In this document: positions 45,636 to 56,046 of the stretch, one piece after another | Numbering within the stretch: position 1 is the first letter of the stretch | Layout: the number at the start of each line of letters is the position of its first letter | Origin: Candidatus Bathyarchaeota archaeon | Lineage (GTDB): Archaea > Thermoproteota > Bathyarchaeia > Hecatellales > Hecatellaceae | Direction: 5' to 3' | DNA length: 64,000 bases | NCBI GenBank assembly: GCA_052246995.1 | Contig: JBQPWD010000002.1 | Span: forward strand, 64,001-128,000 | Translations under genes and position numbers: made by a program | Notes under the pieces: generated by a model | What the model was told of the DNA's origin: nothing | What the model saw: the letters and a program-made list of their open reading frames with translations, nothing else | Database searches by the model: none

Positions 45636-47498
45636 ATGGGTAAAATTATAGGAATAGACCTAGGAACAAGTAACTCTGCAGCAGCCGTCCTAATTGGAGG
45701 AAAACCTGTAATCATACCAAGCAGTGAAGGAGTTACCCTTTACGGAAAAGCTTTCCCATCATACGTTGCTTTTACCAAAGATGGTCAACTTTTAGTCGGA
45801 GAACCTGCAAGAAGGCAGGCTGTAACAAACCCTGAAGGCACTGTAACAGGATTTAAACGAAAAATGGGTACAGACTACAAATACAAGATTTATGGTAAAG
45901 AGTGGACTCCTCAACAACTTTCAGCATTTCTTCTTCAAAAAATTAAGAAGGATGCTGAGGCTTTCCTTGGAGATAAAGTTGATAAAGCCGTTATAACAGT
46001 TCCAGCATACTTCAATGATAATCAAAGACAAGCAACAAAAGATGCTGCAGCCATAGCTGGAATTGAGGTTGCAAGAATAATCAATGAACCTACAGCAGCA
46101 TCCCTTGCCTATGGTTTAGATAAAGCTGACAAAGAACTAAGAATAATGGTTTTCGACCTTGGAGGTGGAACCTTGGATGTAACTTTGCTTGAATTTGGTG
46201 GGGGTGTTTTTGAGGTTAAAGCTACAAGTGGAGATACCCAACTTGGCGGGAGAGACATGGATGAAGTTCTTGTAAACTACATTGTTAACGAGTTTAAAAA
46301 GAATACAGGTATAGACTTAAGAAAGGATAGCATGGCCATGATGAGGGTTCGTGAGGCTGCTGAAAAGGCAAAAATTGAGCTTTCAACATCAATTACAACT
46401 GAGATAAATCTTCCATTTATTGCTATGGAGGGTGGAACACCGAAACATCTTCAAATGAGTCTTACAAGGGCAACATTAGAAGAGCTTGTTAAACCAATTG
46501 TTGAACGATGTAGAGGACCTATGATGCAGGCTTTGGCTGATGCAAAAATGAGACCTGCTGATATTGATAAGATAATTCTTGTTGGAGGACCTACAAGAAT
46601 GCCTATAGTTCAAAGATTTGTTGAGGAAGTTATGGGTAAACCTCCGGAAAGAGGTATAGACCCTATGGAGTGTGTTGCTGTAGGTGCAGCAATTCAGGCA
46701 GGGATAATTACTGGTGAGGTTAAGGATATACTGCTTCTTGACGTTACACCCTTATCCCTTGGAGTTGAGACTCTTGGAGGCATATTTACAAAAATAGTTG
46801 AAAGAAACACAACAATTCCATGCAAGAGAAGCCAGATATTTACCACGGCCGAAGACTTTCAAACATCTGTTGCAATTAAAGTTTACCAGGGTGAAAGGCC
46901 AATGGCTGCGGATAACGTTCTTCTTGGACAGTTTGTTTTATCAGGTATCCCACCAGCTCCAAGAGGAGTTCCTCAAATAGAGGTTACCTTTGACATAGAT
47001 GTAAACGGGATACTTAACGTTACAGCTAAAGACCTGGCTACAGGAAAAGAGGAAAAGCTGACCATAACAGCTCCTCATAGGCTTTCAAAAGAAGAAATTG
47101 AAAAAATGGTCAAGGAGGCTGAACGTTACGCGGAGCAGGATAGAAAAAGAAGGGAGGAGGCTGAGCTCCGTAACCAAGCTGACTCACTAATTTATACCGC
47201 GGAAAAAATGAAAAGGGAGCTTAAAGAAAAGTTAACAAAAGATCAGGTTGATAAAATAGACCAAGCTGTAAAAGAGCTTAAAGATGCATTAACCGGTAAG
47301 GATGTAGAAAAAATTAAAACGAAAAACGAAGAACTTTCAAAAGTTCTTCAGGAAGTTGGAGCAACAATGTATAGACAAACTGGATATAAACAAACTGGTG
47401 CTCAACAAGCTAACAGTAACAATCAAACAAGCAAAGCTGGTGAAAGGGTTGTTAATGCCGATTATGAGGTTGTTGACGAGGAAAAAGGTAGAAAGTAA
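45636..47498 (+). CDS. dnaK: Hsp70 chaperone DnaK
   Basis: [24 protein letters not shown] and [12 protein letters not shown]. Confidence 0.97.
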   Translation: MGKIIGIDLGTSNSAAAVLIGGKPVIIPSSEGVTLYGKAFPSYVAFTKDGQLLVGEPARRQAVTNPEGTVTGFKRKMGTDYKYKIYGKEWTPQQLSAFLLQKIKKDAEAFLGDKVDKAVITVPAYFNDNQRQATKDAAAIAGIEVARIINEPTAASLAYGLDKADKELRIMVFDLGGGTLDVTLLEFGGGVFEVKATSGDTQLGGRDMDEVLVNYIVNEFKKNTGIDLRKDSMAMMRVREAAEKAKIELSTSITTEINLPFIAMEGGTPKHLQMSLTRATLEELVKPIVERCRGPMMQALADAKMRPADIDKIILVGGPTRMPIVQRFVEEVMGKPPERGIDPMECVAVGAAIQAGIITGEVKDILLLDVTPLSLGVETLGGIFTKIVERNTTIPCKRSQIFTTAEDFQTSVAIKVYQGERPMAADNVLLGQFVLSGIPPAPRGVPQIEVTFDIDVNGILNVTAKDLATGKEEKLTITAPHRLSKEEIEKMVKEAERYAEQDRKRREEAELRNQADSLIYTAEKMKRELKEKLTKDQVDKIDQAVKELKDALTGKDVEKIKTKNEELSKVLQEVGATMYRQTGYKQTGAQQANSNNQTSKAGERVVNADYEVVDEEKGRK

Positions 47499-47588
47499 AC
47501 TTTTTACTTTACATTTCCAAAGTGGAGAATAAATCTTAGCCACAAAATTTAAGAACGTTTTTCTTTACAGTTTAAAATGTGAAAGTTT

Positions 47589-48758
47589 ATGTTAGCCTTA
47601 GAAGGAATAAGAATTCTAGATTTAACATGGCTTCTACCATATACAACACTTTTAGCAGATTTTGGCGCTGAGGTTATCAAGGTTGAGGAACCTACACGTG
47701 GAGATTATGCCAGATGGAACCCGCCGATGATTGGAGGAATCAGCCAATATTTTCTTTCTCTTCACCGCAACAAGAAAAGTATAACTTTAAACTTAAAAAC
47801 AGAAAAAGGTAGAGAAATTTTTTACAAGTTAATAGAAAAATCTGATGTGGTAATTGAAAGTTTTAGACCTGGGGTCACAAAGCGTTTAGGAGTTGACTAT
47901 GAAACGGTTAAGAAGTTTAATCCAAGAATAATTTACTGTTCAGTTTCAGGGTATGGACAGGATAGTCCATACAGAGACTTACCTGGTCACGATATAAACT
48001 ATGTTTCCATTGCAGGAATAGTTGGCTTAACAAGACGTCCAGGAGAACCTCCAACAATACCTGGTGTACAGATAGCTGACCTTGGTGGTGGAGTTTTAAT
48101 GGCCACCGCCTCAATACTTATAGCTTTAATTGCACGTGAAAAAACTGGTAAGGGCCAATATATCGACATAGCTATGACTGATGGGGCAATTTCCTGGTTA
48201 ACAATTCCATCCTCCTTCTACTTTGTTGAAGGTGAAAAGTTTGATGTCGGGAAGGTTCCTGTTGTAGGCTATCCTCCATGTTATAACATTTATGAAACCA
48301 AGGATGGAAAGTACATTAGCATAGGATGTTTAGAGGAACGTTTCTGGAGAAACTTATGTACAAGTTTAGGAAGAGAAGACTTTATTATCCACCAGTTTGC
48401 CGACGGTGAAAAAGGTAGAGAAGTTAAAGCTACTTTACAGGAAATTTTTAAAACTAAAACTAGGGATGAGTGGTTTAAAGAACTCTCTAAAGCTGATGTA
48501 TGTGTAGGCCCAGTCTACAGTTTAGATGAAACATTTAAAGATCCTCATACCCTAAAAAGGGAGATGGTTGTCGAGTTTAACCATCCTAAAATTGGAAAAA
48601 CTAAGTTATTAGGCATTCCGCCAAAATTTTCAGAAACACCTGGCAAAATTAGAAGTCCAGCACCAGAACTTGGTGAACATACAAGAGAAATATTAAAAAA
48701 TCTTTTAGGATTTAATGATGAGGATGTTGGTAAGCTTAAGGAGTCGGGAGTTATCTAA
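47589..48758 (+). CDS. CaiB/BaiF family III CoA-transferase
   Basis: LADFGAEVIKVE, RNKKSI.LNLK, SGYGQ, GHDINY and PELGEHT. Confidence 0.93.
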   Translation: MLALEGIRILDLTWLLPYTTLLADFGAEVIKVEEPTRGDYARWNPPMIGGISQYFLSLHRNKKSITLNLKTEKGREIFYKLIEKSDVVIESFRPGVTKRLGVDYETVKKFNPRIIYCSVSGYGQDSPYRDLPGHDINYVSIAGIVGLTRRPGEPPTIPGVQIADLGGGVLMATASILIALIAREKTGKGQYIDIAMTDGAISWLTIPSSFYFVEGEKFDVGKVPVVGYPPCYNIYETKDGKYISIGCLEERFWRNLCTSLGREDFIIHQFADGEKGREVKATLQEIFKTKTRDEWFKELSKADVCVGPVYSLDETFKDPHTLKREMVVEFNHPKIGKTKLLGIPPKFSETPGKIRSPAPELGEHTREILKNLLGFNDEDVGKLKESGVI

Positions 48759-48776
48759 ACTTCCATTTTAGCTTTT

Positions 48777-49808
48777 TTAACTGATTGAAGTCTCAAAAAT
48801 TTCATTTAAGGATTGTCTTGTTAAAAACATCCCAAACTTTTTTAACGTTTCTACAATTTCATCTTGGCTAAGCTTGTAGTCGTATAGGAATTTTTCAAAA
48901 GATAAGTTTACTAGGCTGTATGGAAATCCTAACGCTTCAGCTGTAAGTTTAATAGCTTCATCTTTCCGCCTTGAAAGTTTATCAGTATTTTCACAGTATT
49001 TTTTAAGAAACTTTTCAAATAAATCGTGATTAGCTTTAACAAATTTTGTATTAGCAGCTAATGTACAACATGGAAACTTGCCAAAGATATCTTCAAAGTT
49101 ATAAACCTTAAATTTACCCCTAAAGAGGCTTAAATACGGTTCCCAGATACTTAAAGCTGAAATCTCACCATTAATAAAGCTTTCAACCATACGGTCAGGG
49201 TTATTAAAGTATCTGATTTCAACTTGAGAAGGTTCTACATCCATTGTTCTTAAGAAAAGTTTCAAACTCATTTCCATAGTTGAAAGTTCTGAACATCCAT
49301 AAATTAACTCTAAAAGTTTTTCATTTTTAACCACAAGCCCACTACCGTTAAACCCACATCCTGCAAAAATTTTTATTGAGCGTAAAAGTAAAGCATGCAG
49401 CACCTGTGTAATTAAAGGTGAGCAGGCAACATCTAAGTATCCTACAGATAAAGCATTTGTTGCCTCTAAAGCGTCATCAAAAATTTTTAATTTAACATTT
49501 ATGTTAGTCTTCTCCAAATCTTTAACAGTAAGTAAAACATGAGGATATTCTGTAGCTTTAAGTATCCCAACTCTAATAAGCTTTTTAACAGGAAAAGGTG
49601 CATAATCTAAAAGCCAGACGCGGTAAATTTTACCTCCAATATTTTTTCTAACGACTTCCCTATCTTTAAGCATTTCAGTTAAAGTCTCAGATATAGTTGA
49701 ACGAGAACATCTTAATATTTTTGATATTTCTCCTTGAAGTATACCCTCAGAACCCCTACTTTTAAGCAAACCTGAGATTTTATCCTTCATATCTATACCC
49801 ATTCTCAA
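48777..49808 (-). CDS. Transcriptional regulator: winged HTH fused to SsuA/THI5(NMT1)-like solute-binding domain
   Basis: GILQGEI...L.CSRSTISETL..M HTH; PBP2-like DVACSP, SIWEPY and FPCCTLA; no signal peptide. Confidence 0.72.
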   Translation of the reverse strand: MRMGIDMKDKISGLLKSRGSEGILQGEISKILRCSRSTISETLTEMLKDREVVRKNIGGKIYRVWLLDYAPFPVKKLIRVGILKATEYPHVLLTVKDLEKTNINVKLKIFDDALEATNALSVGYLDVACSPLITQVLHALLLRSIKIFAGCGFNGSGLVVKNEKLLELIYGCSELSTMEMSLKLFLRTMDVEPSQVEIRYFNNPDRMVESFINGEISALSIWEPYLSLFRGKFKVYNFEDIFGKFPCCTLAANTKFVKANHDLFEKFLKKYCENTDKLSRRKDEAIKLTAEALGFPYSLVNLSFEKFLYDYKLSQDEIVETLKKFGMFLTRQSLNEIFETSIS

Positions 49809-49842
49809 AAGTTAGTAACCAAAATATATAAATAAGGGTTAT

Positions 49843-49879
49843 CCGAACAAATGTTTCAATATATCGAACATTTGTTCGA
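49843..49879. promoter_or_regulatory. Tandem palindromic operator (CGAACA-NN-TGTTCG)
   Basis: ccgaacaaatgtttca (49843-49858) and tcgaacatttgttcga (49864-49879), downstream of TATA aatatataaata. Confidence 0.72.
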
Positions 49880-49912
49880 AGGAGAAAAATAAAATAATAG
49901 TGGAGGTTAATA

Positions 49913-50104
49913 ATGTTAACTAAAAACTATACGGTTACAGCATTGTTTTTTCTTTTAATACTCTTAAATTACTTGATTCCTTATTTAGTGCTTAAAGACT
50001 ATCCAACCGTTTTGGGAGCATTTCTTTTCTGGTGTTTAATTACCGTTTTTGTTGCTTTACTATGTTTTACCTTGATACTAAGGTTTTGGAGGGTTGAAGG
50101 TTGA
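49913..50104 (+). CDS. Small two-TM accessory protein of SSS transporter
   Basis: Two hydrophobic segments; overlaps SSS gene start. Confidence 0.7.
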   Translation: MLTKNYTVTALFFLLILLNYLIPYLVLKDYPTVLGAFLFWCLITVFVALLCFTLILRFWRVEG

Positions 50105-51585
50105 TAAGTTCAAGCTTAATTTTTGCATCAATAATTGTGTACTTTGGTTTTCTACTTGCCGTTGCCTACTACGGAAGATTAAAGACTGGTAAAGGTTTAG
50201 AGGAGTTTTATCTTGCTGGAAGAAAAATTACAGGATTTATTGCCGCGTTAACTTATGCAGCTACAACCTACAGTGTTTTTATGATGGTTGGGTTAGTTGG
50301 CTTAACCTATGCTTATGGTGTTGGTGCTTTGGGTTTTGAACTTACATATCTTTTTGCTACAGTTCTTCTTCTCACGGTTTTTGCCCCAAAATTTTGGGTT
50401 GCAGGTAAAATATGGGGGTATATGACCCCAACCCAGCTTTTAGCTGAAAGATATGAAAGTAAACTTGTTGGTATTGTAGCAGCAATTTTATGCTTAATTT
50501 TTCTTATTCCGTATATGGCTATTCAAGGTATGGGTTCAGCTTATCTTATTGAAGCCTTATCTGGTGGAACTGTAAGTTACGAGGTTAGTTTAACATTTAC
50601 CATCTTAGTTATAGCTGTTTGTGCTCTTTTAGGTGGATTTAGAGGTGTAGCTTGGACTGATACCGTTCAAGGTTTACTTATGCTTTCAACCTCTGTTTAC
50701 CTTTTTCTTTACCTTCTTTATACGTACTTAGGAGGCTGGGGGAATTTTGTAAGCATGCTTGAAAATCAGTATCCAGATATGCTTACAGTTCCAGGACCGA
50801 AAAACTTTTTCACCATCCAAAACTTTGTTACGTTAACCACTCCATGGTTCTTTTTTGCCTTAACAAATCCACAAGTTTCTCAACGTCTTTTTGTTTCAAA
50901 GTCCACTTCATCCTTGCGTAGCATGATTGTTGGCTTTTTTATATTTGGCTTTATATACACCGTGATTAGCATTTTATTTGGCTTTATGGGAGTTGTTCTT
51001 AAAGTTTCAGCTTCTCCTCCAGATAAAGCTATGCCCCTAATGTTAGAACTTTTTGTTCCACCAATTTTAGCGTTAATAGCTATGTTAGGCATCGTTTCAG
51101 CAGGAGTTTCCACAGCAAACTCTATAATGCTTTCATTGGCCTCCATGGTTGGCAGAGATATTTATGGTGTATTGGCTAAAAAACCTTCAGAAAAAGTTGA
51201 AATGCTGGTTGGTTATGCAACAATTCTTGTTGAAGCTTTAATAATCTGGATTTTTGCTATTCAAAGAGTTGGGTTGATATCCTTACTAGCTGTGATGGCT
51301 TCAGCAGGTTTACTTGTACAACTACCCGTAATAGTTGGAGCATTCTACTGGAAAGGTGGAAGCGGAATTGGAGCATGTGTAAGCATGATTAGCGGGGGTA
51401 TCCTGACAGGAGTACTCTATACTTTAGGAATATCTCCTCTAACTTTAGGTCCACCAGTATGGGGTTTAATCGTTACAACCCTACTGTTTATCTTGGTTAG
51501 CTTGATAACAAAGAAGCCTGCCAACGCTGAAAACTTTATTTCTCTAGTTAAAAAAGAGCTTAAGGTAAAAGGATTTATAAGATAA
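50101..51585 (+). CDS. Sodium:solute symporter (SSS, PanF/PutP-like)
   Basis: FYLAGR, ERYES, GGFRGVAWTD..QG, PQ..QR and STANS. Confidence 0.92.
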   Translation: MISSSLIFASIIVYFGFLLAVAYYGRLKTGKGLEEFYLAGRKITGFIAALTYAATTYSVFMMVGLVGLTYAYGVGALGFELTYLFATVLLLTVFAPKFWVAGKIWGYMTPTQLLAERYESKLVGIVAAILCLIFLIPYMAIQGMGSAYLIEALSGGTVSYEVSLTFTILVIAVCALLGGFRGVAWTDTVQGLLMLSTSVYLFLYLLYTYLGGWGNFVSMLENQYPDMLTVPGPKNFFTIQNFVTLTTPWFFFALTNPQVSQRLFVSKSTSSLRSMIVGFFIFGFIYTVISILFGFMGVVLKVSASPPDKAMPLMLELFVPPILALIAMLGIVSAGVSTANSIMLSLASMVGRDIYGVLAKKPSEKVEMLVGYATILVEALIIWIFAIQRVGLISLLAVMASAGLLVQLPVIVGAFYWKGGSGIGACVSMISGGILTGVLYTLGISPLTLGPPVWGLIVTTLLFILVSLITKKPANAENFISLVKKELKVKGFIR

Positions 51586-52007
51586 AAATTAAGTGATTAA
51601 ACGTTAAACAGCTATAACTTTTCCCAACCATAATATTTTTGGTTCAATAGTTATTCTGCTTTTATGTTTGAACTTTTCAATAAGCTTAGAGTACTCTTCG
51701 ACCTAACTTAACATAACGTTATCGCATGATTTAAGATTGAAGTATTACCAGAGGGAACTCTTATCTTTACAAGTTGAGCCATCGGAAAATGGTTTAGATA
51801 ATTAAGGTTTCTAAGGATATATCAATGAAAGGGGTTTGGACTAGCTTGAGTATTCTCATATCTTAAGGCTAGCTTCATCTGAATCTACGCTTTATTTACG
51901 CTGAAACAGTAAATCTAATTTTTCCCCTCTTTTGGAGGAAGACATAAACTTTTTTATCTTCATACCAACCTATTTTTTATTGAAAATTGTAAGTAGAGGG
52001 AAAAAAT

Positions 52008-52784
52008 TTGGAATATAAAACTATTATCGTGGAACGAAAGGACAATATTGGTTTAATCACCCTTAACCGACCAGAGAAGCTTAACACCTTCACAATGCAA
52101 CTAGCTCAAGAGCTTAACACAGCCTTGCTGGAGTTAGATCGGGATCCCCAGATACGTGTCATAATCATCAAGGGTGCAGGTCGTGCATTTAGTGCAGGAA
52201 TTGATGTTAACGAGTTGAAAGGTAAGAATCCTATAGAAATTCGCAACTGGGTTAAGGCTATGGATGCTCACAATATAACCATTGCCAACATGAGTAAGCC
52301 GGTGATTGCCGCTGTGCATGGTGTTGCCGTAGCTAATGGTTTTGGGTTGGCCGCTGCCTGCGACTTAACCGTTGCAAGTGATGATGCCCGTTTTGGGACA
52401 ACGGCCATAAATGTTGGTTTATACTGTTTTGGCCCTTCGGCGCCATTGTGGCGTATACTGGGCAAGAAGAAGAGCTTGGAGCTCCTACTTACTGGAGACA
52501 TTATCGATGCTAAGGAAGCGGAAAGGATTGGCTTGGTAAATAAAGTGGTACCCAGGGAGAAGCTAGAGGAAGCCGCTATGGAACTTGCCCAGAAACTGGC
52601 CAGTAAAAGTCCTATTGCTCTGCAAATGGGTAAGACTTCCTTCTATAAGATGTGGGATATGAAGTATGAGGAAGCCTTGACTTACTTAGGAGAAGTATTC
52701 ACTATTCTATGTACTACTGAAGATGCTAAAGAAGGAATTACCGCGTTTCTGGAAAAACGGCAACCAGTATGGAAAGGACGTTAG
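52008..52784 (+). CDS. Enoyl-CoA hydratase/isomerase (crotonase) family
   Basis: LNRPEKLN, FSAGID, KPVIAAVHG and EDAKEGITAFLEKR.P.W.G. Confidence 0.93.
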   Translation: MEYKTIIVERKDNIGLITLNRPEKLNTFTMQLAQELNTALLELDRDPQIRVIIIKGAGRAFSAGIDVNELKGKNPIEIRNWVKAMDAHNITIANMSKPVIAAVHGVAVANGFGLAAACDLTVASDDARFGTTAINVGLYCFGPSAPLWRILGKKKSLELLLTGDIIDAKEAERIGLVNKVVPREKLEEAAMELAQKLASKSPIALQMGKTSFYKMWDMKYEEALTYLGEVFTILCTTEDAKEGITAFLEKRQPVWKGR

Positions 52785-52901
52785 TCAGGATGATTGGAAG
52801 GCCAAAACAAGTGAGTTCTTCTTCATTTTCTGGCTAACATTCTTATCATAACCGTAAACATCAACCTTCTTTTGTCAAAATAAACGAAATTTTTAGGATG
52901 A

Positions 52902-53290
52902 TTTAAAAAATTCTGCCAAATAGATCTTTGGTTGACTGGTCTAACAAGAGATGACCATTATTGCTACATTAGAAAAACTAACAGCTTAATAACGGAGAAA
53001 TATCCAGAACGTCAAAACTTTCCAGTTAGATGTAAACACAAAAGCATGAAAACGTATGCTAAAAGCCTTAAAAATCTTTTTCAGAGATTTTAGTCGGAAA
53101 TTCCTTAAATTGTTGTCAGCTTCAAGTTTCCTTCTTAGGCACATTTTCCTAAAGAAAATACCAACTAGTGATAAGTTAAAAAATCAGACATCGATATGGA
53201 CGCGAATATTTCACATTACCCATTCTTTAAGAACAAAGACGATTGTTTTCGTTTTTCAATGGAAAAGCTGAAAATGTTTTGAATAGAGTA
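52902..53290 (+). pseudogene. Decayed tyrosine recombinase/integrase relic
   Basis: Frameshifted pieces FKKFCQIDL...H..YIR, LKALKIFFRDF, VSFKFP, KIPT...L, DID, RTK and SFFNGKAE..L resemble archaeal tRNA-targeting integrases; adjacent to tRNA 3' end. Confidence 0.55.
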
Positions 53291-53403
53291 TATTAACGTT
53301 AAAGCCATAAGGTAGGCTATTTGTGTAAAGGGAAGAAAGCTTATGTCTTTTGAAGTTGCAATGAGGAAAAACTTGGATAAAAATAACCGTAAAAGATAGT
53401 TGA

Positions 53404-53489
53404 CGCCGGGGACGGGATTTGAACCCGTGCGGCGCAAACGCGCCACAGGCTTAGCAGGCCTGCGCCCTACCAGGCTAGGCGACCCCGGC
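53404..53489 (-). tRNA. tRNA-Ser(GCT)
   Basis: Acceptor GCCGGGG/CCCCGGC; anticodon arm CAGGC-CTGCTAA-GCCTG; long variable arm; TTCAAAT T-loop; no intron; CCA not encoded. Confidence 0.95.
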
Positions 53490-53690
53490 AATTATCCCCT
53501 AGCTAACAAATTATTGTCACGTCTATTAGGTGGTTTGTTATCATACAAACATACATAGGTATAGATATTTTTATGTTTTTGTTTGGAGTAAAGTCAGCGC
53601 TTATACGAGCTTTTTTTTTATAACCGCAACTCCTCAAATAGCTCTATCCAGTTTGTTGATAAGAAGCCTTATATTTCTTCGTATACTGAT

Positions 53691-53925
53691 TTAAAAGCCA
53701 ACTCGGCACTCGTGGAGGTAGTTTCGTCCCATCTGTCTATCAACGGTTGAGTCATCCTTAAATGTCCAGTAAAACCAGCCGTTTCTGATCAGCTTACCCT
53801 TATACTTGGTTAAATCTTTCAGCATAGCCTTGAACTGCAGGTTGTTGAGGTCTTTGCTTTTCTCAAACTCTCCTTTAGAGCATTGAATCTTCATCCATTT
53901 AATCTTGTCCGGATTCCGTGAAAAC
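53691..53925 (-). pseudogene. Fragment of a probable mobile-element gene
   Basis: PDKIKW.....KGEFEKS.D.NN..FK.ML.DL....GK....GWFYW.F with no intact N-terminus; next to tRNA. Confidence 0.35.
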
Positions 53926-54070
53926 TTGAACTTCCTTCAACCGTTCCTACAAGTTTGACAATTTCAGCGAAGAACTCTTATTCCAACTTTTATACTGTCA
54001 GTGTATTTATGTTTTCTCTGGAGCTAATTCCCTGTAGACCAATGATTATTTTCTCTTTTTTTGGACGCGG

Positions 54071-54331
54071 TTATCCCCAGCGGTATTTTCTTCCCGTTCC
54101 GCCTTTGGGATATAAGAACTTTACGGCTCCTATGGTACATACAAACCAGCATGAGGCACACTCGCAACAGTTCTCGTATTTTACTGCTTTGGCTTTGCCG
54201 TTTACCATAGTTATCACTCCTCCAGGGCATACCTTGACGCAGTCTCCGCATCCTGTGCAGACTTCCGGGTCGATGTTGATGAATTCGCCGCCTGGCGTCC
54301 AGCTTGTTCCTTCCAACATTTTATACTTCAT
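54071..54331 (-). CDS. fixX: Ferredoxin, FixX-like
   Basis: CTGCGDCVKVCP and CCECASCWFVC; C-terminal YPKGG.G..YR.G. Confidence 0.8.
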   Translation of the reverse strand: MKYKMLEGTSWTPGGEFINIDPEVCTGCGDCVKVCPGGVITMVNGKAKAVKYENCCECASCWFVCTIGAVKFLYPKGGTGRKYRWG

Positions 54332-55662
54332 TTTGCCACCCCCGCAAGTAACATAAGTTCGTTAAATAGCATTGGAAGTTTTCTATAGAGGAATGGTCCT
54401 ATATATCTTATTAGGGGTAGGAATCCGCTTAGTAGCAGCATTAGGTCTGAGGGTTTGGGCTGGTCAAATGCGCTTCTGACTACGTAATTGGAAATCGTGG
54501 AGCTTACTTGGACAATTTTTTCCCCACCCATCTTTGCAATGACGTCTCTTCTCCAAGGTCTTTGCATTAGTCTCCAAATTAGTCTCTTTTTATACTTCTC
54601 CTCGTAGATTGATAGTCCTTCTTCTGAGACGTTGCCTTTGGATATGGATTCAGCCGCGGCTTCTCCTGCAAGCATTCCTGAGGTCATTGCGCCGTAAAAT
54701 CCTGCACAGGTGAAGGAGTCTAAGAATCCTCCTGCATCCCCTGCCACGAGAATCCCGTTGCCATAAGTTTTTTCCAGCATTTTCTGACCTCTGTCGTGTG
54801 CTGACCATAGGGGTACAGTGTTCCACATCCAAGCTCTGAATTTTGCTACGTCCTCGAATCTGTCTTTCCAGAGTTGTGAGCGTAGAAACCTCTCCATGAA
54901 GATGGCGGGATTCTTCCTGCTTGAAACCAGTGCTCCCACTCCCAAGTGAAAGCTTTCTCTATAGGGAAATATCCAAACATATGAACCTATATCTGCGGGG
55001 GTTAGTGTTCCCCAGTAAACTTCAAAAGTGTCCGCCAATCCCAGTCTTTTAATTTCCCTCTCTGGTATTGTGAAGTCTAGAACCACACAATTTTCCACAT
55101 TTTCTGGCGGTAGCTTTCTTCTCACTCCAGCTCTGATTCCTATTAGCGATTTTGCTCCATCAGCTGCTATCACTACTTGGGAATTGATTTTTTCCCCCTT
55201 CTCCGTTACAACTCCCTTAACGTAGCCGTTTTCCTTTATAACATCCACAACGGTTGTGTTATTTTCGAATTCGGCTCCAGCGTTCACAGCGAGCTGGGTT
55301 AGCCATTTACAGAAATCGTAGCAGTAGATGGTATATCCCACCCGACTATCATCAGTGCTCCTAAATGTGAGTTCCAATGGCGTCTCTCCCTTTTCGTTAG
55401 CTACAATCCACCTAACGCCCTTAAGTTCTCTCTCCAATGGAGCCTCCTTTAAAAACTCTAACCCGGGCTCAATGAATGCGTCGTGGGTCAGAATACCTCC
55501 AGAAACAATTTTTTCTCCGGGTTCAGTTGACCTTTCAAGAAGTAAAACTTTAAGCCCCTTTTCCGCAGCGGTCTTTGCTGCAACTGCACCAGCAAACGCT
55601 GAACCAACAACAATAACATCGTACTTCCTATTCATAAAATCCACACATCCTCTTTCATGCAA
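54328..55662 (-). CDS. FAD-dependent oxidoreductase, FixC / geranylgeranyl reductase family
   Basis: YDVIVVGSAFAG, AADG, YVWIFP and LVAGDAGG; likely start MNRKYDV. Confidence 0.85.
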   Translation of the reverse strand: MHERGCVDFMNRKYDVIVVGSAFAGAVAAKTAAEKGLKVLLLERSTEPGEKIVSGGILTHDAFIEPGLEFLKEAPLERELKGVRWIVANEKGETPLELTFRSTDDSRVGYTIYCYDFCKWLTQLAVNAGAEFENNTTVVDVIKENGYVKGVVTEKGEKINSQVVIAADGAKSLIGIRAGVRRKLPPENVENCVVLDFTIPEREIKRLGLADTFEVYWGTLTPADIGSYVWIFPYRESFHLGVGALVSSRKNPAIFMERFLRSQLWKDRFEDVAKFRAWMWNTVPLWSAHDRGQKMLEKTYGNGILVAGDAGGFLDSFTCAGFYGAMTSGMLAGEAAAESISKGNVSEEGLSIYEEKYKKRLIWRLMQRPWRRDVIAKMGGEKIVQVSSTISNYVVRSAFDQPKPSDLMLLLSGFLPLIRYIGPFLYRKLPMLFNELMLLAGVAK

Positions 55663-55868
55663 GAGAGCATAGTGGTTATAGAACTTTTTCCCCTTTTAAA
55701 AATGTGATACCCAAACATTGTTGTAGTAACTCCTACCCTCCTGGAGTCAGTGGAATCCCGGCAAAGCCTAGAGGCTTCTAAAGGGTTCAAATCCAAAACT
55801 TCATCAATAGCCTTTGCAACCTCATTGGTATTCCCAGTTTCTGGATAATAAACAAATAATACTTTCAT
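55632..55868 (-). pseudogene. Truncated flavodoxin-like gene
   Basis: MKVLFVYYPETGNTNEVAKAI is a flavodoxin P-loop; the remainder is unrelated or decayed. Confidence 0.55.
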
Positions 55869-56046
55869 TTTTCACACCTCACTAAATGAATATTTAAACA
55901 TTATACGTTTAAGCTTAATGAAACATGCATGCCTAAAAAATAGAAAGGATGAAGTTTCCTTTACGCTTCGCCCTTTACTGGTGTTTTTTAAAGTTTTAGA
56001 GAACATTTTTGTAGACTTGTTGGTAGTTATTTAATGGTAGCGAGAT

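Noticed and set aside
53216-53491. ORF 53216-53491(-) and ORF 58327-58521(-)
   Set aside because: They read through tRNA-Ser and tRNA-Pro; spurious
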